A stretch of 64,000 nucleotides of DNA from assembly GCA_036733765.1 (NCBI GenBank), contig DAIMZW010000001.1, forward strand, positions 32,239-96,238, read 5' to 3'. Below, one piece after another: positions 38,714 through 47,607 of the stretch (positions are counted from its first letter, which is position 1; the number at the start of each line of letters is the position of its first letter). This stretch comes from Steroidobacteraceae bacterium. Lineage in GTDB: Bacteria > Pseudomonadota > Gammaproteobacteria > Steroidobacterales > Steroidobacteraceae. The notes below the pieces were generated by a model, which was not told the origin of the DNA, did no database searches, and saw nothing but the letters and a program-made list of their open reading frames with translations. A program made the translations under genes and the position numbers.

Positions 38714-40569
38714 AAGCGCAGCAGGTTTCGCGCGCGGCCGTGATCGGCGCCATGGGCGTCGTCTACGGTGACATCGGCACCAGCCCGCTGTACGCGCTCG
38801 AGGCATCGCTCAACGCGGCGGGGGCGCCGACGGACCGCCTGGCCATACTGGGCGTGCTGTCGCTGATCTTCTGGAGCCTGCTGGTCGTGGTCACGCTCAA
38901 GTATGTGGTGTTGATCATGAGTGCCGATAACGAGGGCGAGGGCGGCATTCTGTCGCTGTTCGCGCTGGTGGAACGCACCTTGACGGCAGGCACGCGGTGG
39001 CAACGGACCATCGTGATGCTGGCGGCGCTCGGAGCGGCGCTGTTTTATTGTGATGCCCTGATCACGCCCGCGATCTCGGTGTTGAGCGCCGTGGAAGGGC
39101 TCGAAAATTTAAGTCCCACCACCGCCGGGGCCGTGGTACCCGTAACGCTGATCATCATCATCGCGCTGTTCGCGATACAAAGTCGCGGCACCGAGCGGGT
39201 CGGCCGCATGTTCGGTCCGATCATGGTGCTGTGGTTCCTCGTGCTCGCCGTGACCGGCCTGCTGGCCCTGATAAAGCATCCGTCCGTGCTCGCTGCCCTG
39301 AGCCCTAGCTATGGGCTGCTGCTGCTGCTGCAGCGGCCGGGTGTGTCGCTCGCCATCCTGGGCGGGGTGTTTCTGGCGATGACCGGCGGCGAGGCCCTCT
39401 ATGCCGACATGGGGCATTTCGGCAAGAAGCCGGTGCGCATCGCCTGGTTTGCCGTCGTCTGGCCGTCGCTAGTGCTCAATTATTTCGGGCAGGGCGCCCT
39501 GATCCTCGACAAGCCGGAGGCGGCCCACTTACCGCTCTACCAGCTGGTTCCGGTCAGCGCGCTGCCGCTGATGGTACTGCTCGCGACCGCGGCCACCATC
39601 ATCGCCTCGCAGGCCACGATCACCGGCGCGTTCTCGGTCACGCGCCAATGCATCCAACTCGATCTGTTGCCGCGCATGCGCATCAGGCAGACCTCGGCGC
39701 GCGAGCACAGCCAGATCTACGTGCCGGCGGTGAACTGGCTGGTGCTGCTTGCCGTGTGCATGTTCGTATTGGTATTCCGCTCCTCGGACGCGCTCGGGAC
39801 AGCCTACGGAGCGGCCGTCGCGGGTACGATGTTCATCACGACGCTGCTCGGCACGCAGCTGGCGCTGGCCCAATGGCGCTGGCCGACCTGGCGGGTGGCC
39901 GCGGTTTTCGGCCCGCTCATGCTGGTGGATCTGGTCTTTCTGACCGGAAACCTGACCAAATTCGCGCAAGGCGCCTGGGTGCCGCTCACGCTGGCGGCAT
40001 TATTGTTCTGCGTTTTCATGATCTGGCGCAGCGGGCGACGACTCATGCGCCGTGCGCTGCGGGCGGTCGCGGTCCCGTTGTCGCAACTGCCAAGGCTGCT
40101 GGCAGATGTCCCGCGGGTACCGGGCACCGCGGTGTTCCTGGCCAGCGATCCCGACCACGTGCCGACCGCGCTGCTGCGCAACCTCGAACACAACCACGTC
40201 GCCCATGAACGTATCGTGTTTCTGAATGTGGAGATCACGCGGGCGCCGCGCCAGGATCCGACCGATCGGGTCCGCATCGCGCTGCTGATGCCGGAGATCT
40301 ATACGATCACGGCGCGCTTCGGGTTCATGGAGACCCCTGATGTCAGCGAGGCGCTCAAGCAGTGCCGCGTGCGTGGGCTGAAACTGTTCGGGCAGGACTG
40401 CTCGTTCTTTCTCGGCTGGCATCTGGTCGTGCCGCGGGCTCGAGGTGGCTACGAGGGCGTGCGCCGCCGCCTGTTTGCCTGGATGCAGCGAAGCAATACG
40501 CAGGCGGTCGAGTTCTTTCGTATGCCCGAGCGTCGCGTGATCGTGCTGGCGACGCAGGTCGAGCTCTGA
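38710..40569 (+). CDS. kup: KUP/HAK/KT potassium uptake transporter
   Basis: GVVYGDIGTSPLYAL and NEGEGGILSL are Kup hallmarks. The GTG start at 38710 overlaps the SET stop (GTGA). The track ORF starts at 38656. Confidence 0.95.
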   Translation: MKAQQVSRAAVIGAMGVVYGDIGTSPLYALEASLNAAGAPTDRLAILGVLSLIFWSLLVVVTLKYVVLIMSADNEGEGGILSLFALVERTLTAGTRWQRTIVMLAALGAALFYCDALITPAISVLSAVEGLENLSPTTAGAVVPVTLIIIIALFAIQSRGTERVGRMFGPIMVLWFLVLAVTGLLALIKHPSVLAALSPSYGLLLLLQRPGVSLAILGGVFLAMTGGEALYADMGHFGKKPVRIAWFAVVWPSLVLNYFGQGALILDKPEAAHLPLYQLVPVSALPLMVLLATAATIIASQATITGAFSVTRQCIQLDLLPRMRIRQTSAREHSQIYVPAVNWLVLLAVCMFVLVFRSSDALGTAYGAAVAGTMFITTLLGTQLALAQWRWPTWRVAAVFGPLMLVDLVFLTGNLTKFAQGAWVPLTLAALLFCVFMIWRSGRRLMRRALRAVAVPLSQLPRLLADVPRVPGTAVFLASDPDHVPTALLRNLEHNHVAHERIVFLNVEITRAPRQDPTDRVRIALLMPEIYTITARFGFMETPDVSEALKQCRVRGLKLFGQDCSFFLGWHLVVPRARGGYEGVRRRLFAWMQRSNTQAVEFFRMPERRVIVLATQVEL

Positions 40570-40576
40570 GCGGCTC

Positions 40577-41068
40577 GTGCCCGCACGCATCGCGCTGGTT
40601 GTTGCTATGGCGGACAATGGTGTCATTGGCCGCGGCGGCACGCTGCCCTGGCATCTTCCCGACGATCTGAAGCATTTCAAGACCATCACGCTCGGCAAGC
40701 CGGTGCTCATGGGACGGCGCACCTTCGAATCGATCGGCAAGCCGCTGCCGGGGCGTCGCAATCTCGTGTTGACCCGCGGGAGGCTCGCGCTTGCCGAGGG
40801 CGTCGAGGCCGTGGCGAGCATCGAGGCGGCACGCGCGCTGGTACCCGGCGCTTCGGAGCTATGCGTTATCGGCGGCGCAGCGGTGTATGAGCAGTCGCTG
40901 CCGGTAGCGGCGCGGCTTTATCTGACGCGCGTGCACGGCGACGTCACCGGGGATGTGTATTTCCCGCCATGGGATGTTGCCGGCTGGCGCGAGCTCGAGC
41001 GGCTGGAGCACCGGGCCGATACGCGGCATGCGTATGCGATGAGCTTCGTGACGCTCGAGCGCGGATAG
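40577..41068 (+). CDS. folA: Dihydrofolate reductase
   Basis: 163 aa with a GTG start, containing IALVVAMADNGVIGRGGTLPWHLPDDLKHFK and GRRTFESIG. Confidence 0.95.
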   Translation: MPARIALVVAMADNGVIGRGGTLPWHLPDDLKHFKTITLGKPVLMGRRTFESIGKPLPGRRNLVLTRGRLALAEGVEAVASIEAARALVPGASELCVIGGAAVYEQSLPVAARLYLTRVHGDVTGDVYFPPWDVAGWRELERLEHRADTRHAYAMSFVTLERG

Positions 41069-41176
41069 CGCCCACGCCGGGCCAACCTAGATGCGAGTCA
41101 CGCTTTCGATACCGGTCGGGTTGCCGGCGTCGCAGAATCTCTCGCCAATTTCCGCCAGCGATCCCTCAGGGACTGG

Positions 41177-41208
41177 CAAGTCATCCAATAATCAAGTCAT
41201 CCAATAAT
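41177..41208. repeat. Perfect 16-bp tandem duplication CAAGTCATCCAATAAT x2
   Basis: Copies at 41177-41192 and 41193-41208, inside the 388-bp lower-GC noncoding gap between folA and the GNAT gene. Confidence 0.9.
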
Positions 41209-41456
41209 ACTGTCACGATTCTGCGACACGTCGTGGTGAGAAGACACGTTGTTGCAAGTAGCTATCACAACAAGAATGCCTGCGAGACGAAACACGACTC
41301 ACTCGACGGGGACATACGCTACATGCTACAAAATTCATTCCGGCGCGGCACAGGTACAGCCTCCACGGGTAAGATAACCGCGGCACATGTCCTATCACGG
41401 CAGGGCGGTCAATCACGAGTAGTCGTCGCCGAATAGTTCAACGCTAGAGTTAGATT

Positions 41457-41909
41457 GTGCAGTCATCGTCCGCCTACCGCATCTCGACCGATCGGTCGCA
41501 ACTCGACGTGGTGCTGATCCATAGATTTCTCTCGCAGGAGTCGTACTGGGCGCAGACCGTGCCGCTCAATATTGTGGAGCGCGCGATCGCCCATTCGCTG
41601 TGCTTCGGACTGTACGAGGCGGAAGGTCAGGTCGGGTTTGCGCGCGTCGTGACGGATGCTGCGACTTTCGGCTATCTGGCCGACGTGTTCATCGTCGCAT
41701 CGCGTCGCGGTCAGGGACTGGGCCGGCGCTTGATCGAAGCGGTTCTGGCGCATCCGGATTTACAGGGCCTGCAGCGTTTCATGCTCGCCACGCGCGATGC
41801 GCACAAGCTGTACCGGCAATTCGGATTCGCTGCTCCGAAACAACCCCAGTTGCTCATGGAGAAGCGCGACCCGACCATCCATCTGCACGATCGCGCACTG
41901 GCCGAGTGA
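41457..41909 (+). CDS. GNAT-family N-acetyltransferase
   Basis: 150 aa with a GTG start. It has the acetyl-CoA binding motif RRGQGLGRRLIEAVL. Confidence 0.8.
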   Translation: MQSSSAYRISTDRSQLDVVLIHRFLSQESYWAQTVPLNIVERAIAHSLCFGLYEAEGQVGFARVVTDAATFGYLADVFIVASRRGQGLGRRLIEAVLAHPDLQGLQRFMLATRDAHKLYRQFGFAAPKQPQLLMEKRDPTIHLHDRALAE

Positions 41910-41923
41910 CCGGGATGCTGCGC

Positions 41924-42682
41924 TCACTGCCGGCGCAGATGCGAGGCGGCCAGAAACATGCGCACCGGCTCGCCGACTAATTCGTAGGTCGCCTCGTAGG
42001 ACCGGAGTAGCCCATCCGCGCTTGGCACATACGCCAACGCGCCGAGATAGCGCTCCGTGAGTATTCCGACCGGAGCGGGCAACACTTCGAGCCCGGCGGA
42101 GGTGAATTCATGCACCGAGCGCCACATATGCGTGGCGCGCGTCAGCAATATGACTCGGTCAACACCATCGCGCTTGAGCAACCTCACGGCATTGCGGGCG
42201 TTTTCAAACGTGTCGTAGGCCTGATCGTCCACCCAGCGCGGGTCAAGGTCAAAGTTTCGTCGCAGTGTCGCGCGCATCGCGGCCGCGTCGACCCCAAACC
42301 CGGTCACGAGGATGGGCAGGCCCGTGCGCCGTGCGATGAACGCGCCGTAGGCCAGTTTCTCGAGCTGTTCCGGCGCGGCGGCAGCTCCGCCGTATTCGGG
42401 CGCCCAGGCGCGTTGCCCGCCGCCGCCCAGGATCACGATCGCCTGCGCGCCACCGAGCTGGCTCAAATCGAGCGGCGGATAGTGCTCGGCCAGCCGCGCG
42501 ATCGCTTCGGCAATCACGGGGGTCGCGAGCAGCCACAACGAGCCCAGGCCGAGCGCCAGCAGGGCGCGGGCGAGGCGCGCTCGCCGCTGCAGCAGCAACA
42601 GGCCCATGATCGCCAGCAGCAATGGGCCTGCCGGAGGCAGCAGCAGTTCCCTCAGGAACGTCTTGAACTGCAGCAAAAACAT
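41924..42682 (-). CDS. YdcF/DUF218-family protein (ElyC/SanA-like) with an N-terminal TM segment
   Basis: 252 aa with the motifs IVILGGG and VILLTRATHMWRS. Confidence 0.75.
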   Translation of the reverse strand: MFLLQFKTFLRELLLPPAGPLLLAIMGLLLLQRRARLARALLALGLGSLWLLATPVIAEAIARLAEHYPPLDLSQLGGAQAIVILGGGGQRAWAPEYGGAAAAPEQLEKLAYGAFIARRTGLPILVTGFGVDAAAMRATLRRNFDLDPRWVDDQAYDTFENARNAVRLLKRDGVDRVILLTRATHMWRSVHEFTSAGLEVLPAPVGILTERYLGALAYVPSADGLLRSYEATYELVGEPVRMFLAASHLRRQ

Positions 42683-42697
42683 TGCCGGGCGCTCCGG

Positions 42698-44029
42698 TTA
42701 CCCGATGCTCTGCAGCGTCTCGGCCACGGTGTCGAATATCTGCTCGATCTGTGCCGGCTCGACGATCAGCGGCGGCGAGAAGGCCAGCGTATCGCCGGTG
42801 TAGCGGATCAGGACGCCGCGCTCCAGGCAGCGCAGAAACACCTCGTACGCGCGACTGCCCGGTCGGCCGGGCCGCGGCTCGAGCTCAATGCCGGCGACCA
42901 GACCGAGATTGCGGATGTCGCGCACGTGCGGGGCATTGCGCAGCGCGTGCGCGGCCTGCTCGAACTTCGGTGACAGTGAGTTGGCGCGCTCAAACAGCCG
43001 CTCGCGCTGGTAGATGTCGAGGGCCGCGAGGGTCGCGGCAGCAGCCACCGGATGCGCCGAGTAGGTGTAACCGTGGAACAACTCGATGCTGTCGGGGTTG
43101 GCGGCATCGATGACGGTGTCATAGATCACGCGCTTGACCGCGACCGCCCCGAGCGGAATCGCAGCATTGTTGATGCCCTTGGCGAGCGTGATGATGTCGG
43201 GCGTGAGGCCGAAGTACTCGCTGGCGGTGGCGGCGCCGAGGCGACCGAATGCGGTGATGACTTCGTCGAAAATGAGCAGCAGTCCGTGGCGGGCGCAGAT
43301 GGCGTGCAGGCGCTCGAGGTAGCCGCGTGGCGGCACCAGCACGCCGGCAGAGGCGGACAGAGGCTCGACGATGACCCCGGCGATGGTCGAGGCATCGTGG
43401 AGCACCACGAGACGTTCGAGCTCATCGGCCAGATGGGCCCCCCACGCCGGCTGGCCGCGGGAGAACGCCGCTTCGGCAATATTGAGCGTGTGCGGCAAGT
43501 GATCGACGCCCGGCATCAGGTTGGCGGTAAAGGGCTTGCGGTTGGCGGCGATGCCGCCGACGGAAATGCCGCCGAAGCCGACCCCGTGATAGCCGCGTTC
43601 TCGCCCGATGAATCGAATGCGCTGAGGCTCTCTGCGCGCACGGTGATAGGCGAGCGCGATCTTCAATGCGGTATCGACCGATTCGGAACCGGAGTTGGTG
43701 AAGAAGATGCGATCGAGCCCCGCGGGCATGAGGCGCGCGACGCGGCTCGCGGCCTCGAAGGCTAGCGGGTGACCCATCTGAAAGCCTGGGGCGTAGTCGA
43801 GTTCGCGGCTCTGGCGTGCAATCGCCTCGGCGATCTCCGGACGGCAATGGCCGGCATTCACGCACCACAGACCGGCGCTGCCGTCGAGTACTCGCCGTCC
43901 GTCATGGGTCGTGTAGTACATGCCGCTCGCGCCGACCAGCAGACGCGGAGCGGCCTTGAATTGCCGATTCGCCGTGAATGGCATCCACAGCGAGTCGGTG
44001 TCCGGCAGCGGTATCGCGTTAGAACTCAT
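42698..44029 (-). CDS. Class-III (omega) aminotransferase, beta-alanine/omega-amino acid:pyruvate type
   Basis: It starts MSSNAIPLPDTDSLWMPFTANRQF and contains TNSGSESVDTALK, DEVITAFGRLG and the PLP-lysine region ITLAKG. The 575-aa track ORF has a spurious N-terminal extension across the kmo 3' end. Confidence 0.85.
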   Translation of the reverse strand: MSSNAIPLPDTDSLWMPFTANRQFKAAPRLLVGASGMYYTTHDGRRVLDGSAGLWCVNAGHCRPEIAEAIARQSRELDYAPGFQMGHPLAFEAASRVARLMPAGLDRIFFTNSGSESVDTALKIALAYHRARREPQRIRFIGRERGYHGVGFGGISVGGIAANRKPFTANLMPGVDHLPHTLNIAEAAFSRGQPAWGAHLADELERLVVLHDASTIAGVIVEPLSASAGVLVPPRGYLERLHAICARHGLLLIFDEVITAFGRLGAATASEYFGLTPDIITLAKGINNAAIPLGAVAVKRVIYDTVIDAANPDSIELFHGYTYSAHPVAAAATLAALDIYQRERLFERANSLSPKFEQAAHALRNAPHVRDIRNLGLVAGIELEPRPGRPGSRAYEVFLRCLERGVLIRYTGDTLAFSPPLIVEPAQIEQIFDTVAETLQSIG

Positions 44030-44072
44030 TGCAACCCCAGTGTGACGGGAATTGACGGGATAACACCATATT

Positions 44073-45425
44073 CTACAGCCCCGCCTGGTCCAGCAAAGTC
44101 TCGATCCTGATCGAGTCGGGATCGGCCACGAGGGTATCGAGCACGCGCTGCTGCGCGGCGCCGCGGCGCTGTGCCTCGGCGTAAGCAATCTCGGGGTGGA
44201 ACATGACCATCGAATAGCGCGGAATGAAGCGGCCCGGGAAGCTTCGCTCCAGCGCCGCCGCGAGCGCCTGACGCCGCGCGAATTGCGGCGAGCGCACTGC
44301 ATCGCGCATCTCCTGGTAGTTCTCCAGCGCCATGGCGGCGATGGCGGCGGTATCCGGCCGGCGCTCACGCTCGAAGCGCAGGAAGATCGCAGTGCGCTCG
44401 CGCGCATCGCTCTGCGCCGCGCCACTGAGCAGCCGGTCGAGCAGGCGGCAATCCTCGAAGCCGCAGTTCAGGCCCTGACCGTGGAAAGGCACGATGGCGT
44501 GAGCCGCATCGCCGAGCAGCAGGACGCGCCCCTCGACCTGCCAGCGATCGCAGTACAGCGTGCCGAGCCGGCTCTGCGGATGCGCCGCAAACTGCTGCGC
44601 GAGATCGGGAATGGCGCGTGCGGCGTCGGCGAATTGCGCCTGGAAGAAGCGCAGCACGGCATCGGGGGCGTGTAGATGATCGAATCCAGGATCACCGTAA
44701 CGCGACAGGAACAAGGTTGCGGTGAAAGTGCCGTCGCTATTGGGCAGCGCGATCAGCATATAGCCACCGCGCGGCCAGATGTGCAGCGCCTGGGGCTCGA
44801 ACGCGTAGCGCTCGGGGCGCGCGCCATCGGGCGGAATCGCGAGTTCCTTGTAGTCGTGATCCAGGGGCTGCTCGTGCGCCTGGACATACCCGCGCGCGAG
44901 TAACGCCGCGCGCACCGCCGAGCCGGCGCCGTCAGTGCCGAGCAGGATCTCGAAGTTCTCGCTGTAGCTGCGGCCGCTGCGCTCATCGCGCAGTGCCACG
45001 CTGCCGGCAGCGACATCGACGTCAAGGCAGCGGGTATTAAATCGCAGCTCGATCTGCGGACACTCGGCCGCCGCGTCAATCAGGATGCGGTTGAGCCGCT
45101 CGCGGCTTACGGCGTGGATGACTTCGCGCTCGTTCTGGCCATAGCGCAGGAATTGCAGTGCGCCTTGTTCATCATGCAGCATCCGGCCGGGCATCGGCAT
45201 CATCGCCGGTGCAATGCGGCCGGCGAGTCCGGCGTGTTCGAGCGCGACAATGCCGCGCGCCGCCATCGCCAGATTGATCGAGCGGCCGCGTCCGGCAGGC
45301 GCAGCGCGTGGATCGGCGCGGCGCTCGATCAGGCGTACGACGTGACCGCGGTTGGCCAGCATCAGCGCCATCAGAGTGCCGACCGGGCCGGCACCGATCA
45401 GCGTATAGCTGGGCATCGGTTTCAT
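44073..45425 (-). CDS. kmo: Kynurenine 3-monooxygenase
   Basis: It starts MKPMPSYTLIGAGPVGT and contains GRSINLA, LLGDAAHAIVPFHGQGLNCGFED and FIPRYSMV. It aligns well with my memory of Pseudomonas fluorescens KMO. The track ORF is over-extended. Confidence 0.9.
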   Translation of the reverse strand: MKPMPSYTLIGAGPVGTLMALMLANRGHVVRLIERRADPRAAPAGRGRSINLAMAARGIVALEHAGLAGRIAPAMMPMPGRMLHDEQGALQFLRYGQNEREVIHAVSRERLNRILIDAAAECPQIELRFNTRCLDVDVAAGSVALRDERSGRSYSENFEILLGTDGAGSAVRAALLARGYVQAHEQPLDHDYKELAIPPDGARPERYAFEPQALHIWPRGGYMLIALPNSDGTFTATLFLSRYGDPGFDHLHAPDAVLRFFQAQFADAARAIPDLAQQFAAHPQSRLGTLYCDRWQVEGRVLLLGDAAHAIVPFHGQGLNCGFEDCRLLDRLLSGAAQSDARERTAIFLRFERERRPDTAAIAAMALENYQEMRDAVRSPQFARRQALAAALERSFPGRFIPRYSMVMFHPEIAYAEAQRRGAAQQRVLDTLVADPDSIRIETLLDQAGL

Positions 45426-45456
45426 GTGTCGAGCGGCGCCGCAGCGCGTGCGCGCG

Positions 45457-46758
45457 TCAGAGCGGCTCGCGAAACGATTCGGATAGTTGCCACGCTGCGC
45501 GCAGCACGTCCTCGAAACCGTTATAGAACGGTACCGGCGCCAGGCGGATGATATCCGGCTCGCGCCAGTCGCAGACGAGGCCGCGCCGGCCCAACGATTG
45601 GAACACGCGGCGGCCGCGCTGTGCACCGGCACGCACGCGCAAGGACAGCTGAGAACCGCGCTGCGCCGGCTCAGCTGGCGTCACCACCGCCAGCTCGGCG
45701 CCCGAGAGCTGCAGCACGAGTGACTCGAGGTAGCCGGTCAGCGCCAGGGATTTGTGGCGCAGCGCCTGCATACCCGCTTCGGCAAACAAGGGCAGCGAGG
45801 CACGTAACGGCGCGGCCGAAAAAATCGGCGGGTTGCTGACGGCCCAGCCCGCAGCGCCGGCGGCCGCAGTGAATTCGGCGCGCATCTGGAAACGCGTCGC
45901 CGGCTCGTGGCCCCACCAGCCGGTGAGCCGAGGCAGATCGGTACGCTGGAGATGCCGTTCGTGGACGAACGCGCCGCCGATCGCGCCAGGGCCGCCATTG
46001 AGATACTTGTAGCTGCACCAGGCGGCGAAGTCGGCGCCATCGTCGTGAAGTGCCAAGGGCACGTTGCCGATCGCGTGGGCCAGGTCGAGCCCGACAGCTG
46101 CGCCGGCCGCGTGTGCGGCGCGGATGATGCGCGGCAGATCGAAGTATTGCCCGGTGCGGTATTGCACGCCGGGCCAGAGCACCAAAGCGAGTCCCGAACC
46201 GCTGGCCGCGATACGCTGCTCGATGTCCTCGCTGCGCAGCAGTTCCTCGCCCGGGCGCGGTGCGAGCTCGATGAGCTCGCGCGCGGGATCAAGGCCATGC
46301 CAGGCGATTTGTGCCGCGACGACGTGGTGATCGGAAGAGAAAGCGCCGGCCTCGATCAGAATGGCGCTGCGCTGTCGGTTCGGGCGATAGAAACTCGCCA
46401 GCAGCAGGTGCAGGTTCACGCTCAGGGAGTTCATCGCGACCACTTCCAGCGGCAGCGCGCCGCTCAGTCGCGCCAGCTCGGGCTGTAGCTGTTCGGCATA
46501 ATCGACCCACGGCGAACGGGCCTGCTCATGCCCTAGAACCGCGAGCCGCTCCCAATCCTCGATCTCCGCGTCAATCATGGCGCGGGCACCGATCGGCGCC
46601 AGCCCCAAGGAGTGCCCACACAGATACAGCAGTGGTTGACCATCGGCACCGCGCGGCAGCGCGAAGCGACTGCGCAAGGAGCTAAGCGGATCGGTCTGGT
46701 CCTGAGCGCGGGCCCAGGGCCGGCGCGATTCGAATTCATCTTGCCTCGGCAGCGCCAT
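45457..46758 (-). CDS. kynU: Kynureninase
   Basis: 433 aa with YLCGHSLG and the PLP-lysine region WCSYKYLNGGPG. Confidence 0.95.
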   Translation of the reverse strand: MALPRQDEFESRRPWARAQDQTDPLSSLRSRFALPRGADGQPLLYLCGHSLGLAPIGARAMIDAEIEDWERLAVLGHEQARSPWVDYAEQLQPELARLSGALPLEVVAMNSLSVNLHLLLASFYRPNRQRSAILIEAGAFSSDHHVVAAQIAWHGLDPARELIELAPRPGEELLRSEDIEQRIAASGSGLALVLWPGVQYRTGQYFDLPRIIRAAHAAGAAVGLDLAHAIGNVPLALHDDGADFAAWCSYKYLNGGPGAIGGAFVHERHLQRTDLPRLTGWWGHEPATRFQMRAEFTAAAGAAGWAVSNPPIFSAAPLRASLPLFAEAGMQALRHKSLALTGYLESLVLQLSGAELAVVTPAEPAQRGSQLSLRVRAGAQRGRRVFQSLGRRGLVCDWREPDIIRLAPVPFYNGFEDVLRAAWQLSESFREPL

Positions 46759-46764
46759 GCGCCT

Positions 46765-47607
46765 CTAGGCTGCCCGCAGCGGATAGAGCATGGGCCGCGA
46801 GGGCACGGCCTCGCCGGCGATCGCCGGGGCGTGCAGCGCGAGCAGGTACCAGCCGTCGGGGATGGCATCGTCGACGTAGGCCAGCTCCGTGATCGTGCAG
46901 TCCTGGCGTCGCGCCTGGCCCAGCTGCGTGCTGCCGGCCGGCAGTCCAAAAAAAATACGGTGCGCCGTCAGCGCACCACTGTCGCTGGCACGGTCCGCCG
47001 ACGGCACATCCAGGACCAGATGTTCGATACCGCGCTCAACCAGCGCCGTCACCGCCTCCCGCGACAGGAACGGCGCGGCGGCGGCGCGCTCTTCGGTGAA
47101 CTTCTGGCGGTCGTTGGGTTGCGTGCGGATGACCGCGGCGCGCGCCGTCAGTCGCGGCGAAAGGACCGCGGGCCACGCTTGCTCGAGCCTTGCGCGGGTG
47201 ATCAGAAGGTCTGCATCCTCAGCGCGCGGGAAGCTGCCTTCGGTGCTGTCGGCAGCCAGCTCGGGCTCGACGGTCAGCAGCGTGGCGAGCAGCAGCCGCT
47301 GCGGAATCAAGCTGTGCACATCAACCCGCTCGACGGTCAGGTGTCCGACGCTTTCGGTATGCGTGCCATTGGCGTGCGGCGTGAGGGTCAGTACGCTGCA
47401 GTTGCAGCTCGCGCCGCGAATCACGCGGCCGTTGAACTCGCCGACTTCGAGCGGCACGCTGGTTGCCGCGGTGGCGCCGAAGCAGCGCAATGAGGGCGGG
47501 TGAAATTCCAGTACGCGGGCCAGGCTCAAGCCCGCGGCCAGATCCGCCAGCACCGCCACGCCGTCGATGTCCAGGCGCGCCCACTGCGCGCGCTCATTGC
47601 GAGCCAT
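46765..47607 (-). CDS. Cyclase-family protein, divergent kynurenine formamidase (KynB) candidate
   Basis: 280 aa. HANGTHTESVGH resembles the cyclase/KynB HxGTHxDxPxH motif but has Glu and Val at the Asp and Pro positions. The C-terminal part (DVPSAD...AHR...DGWYLLALHAP) aligns with KynB. It sits between the HAAO gene and kynU. Confidence 0.6.
   Translation of the reverse strand: MARNERAQWARLDIDGVAVLADLAAGLSLARVLEFHPPSLRCFGATAATSVPLEVGEFNGRVIRGASCNCSVLTLTPHANGTHTESVGHLTVERVDVHSLIPQRLLLATLLTVEPELAADSTEGSFPRAEDADLLITRARLEQAWPAVLSPRLTARAAVIRTQPNDRQKFTEERAAAAPFLSREAVTALVERGIEHLVLDVPSADRASDSGALTAHRIFFGLPAGSTQLGQARRQDCTITELAYVDDAIPDGWYLLALHAPAIAGEAVPSRPMLYPLRAA

Noticed and set aside
44030-44425. 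N-terminal extension of the aminotransferase ORF (575 aa). The kmo ORF has a similar extension (45426..45632).
   Set aside because: The extensions overlap the 3' ends of upstream genes and are Arg/Ser-rich. The conserved family N-termini begin at internal Met codons (MSSNAIP... and MKPMPSY...).
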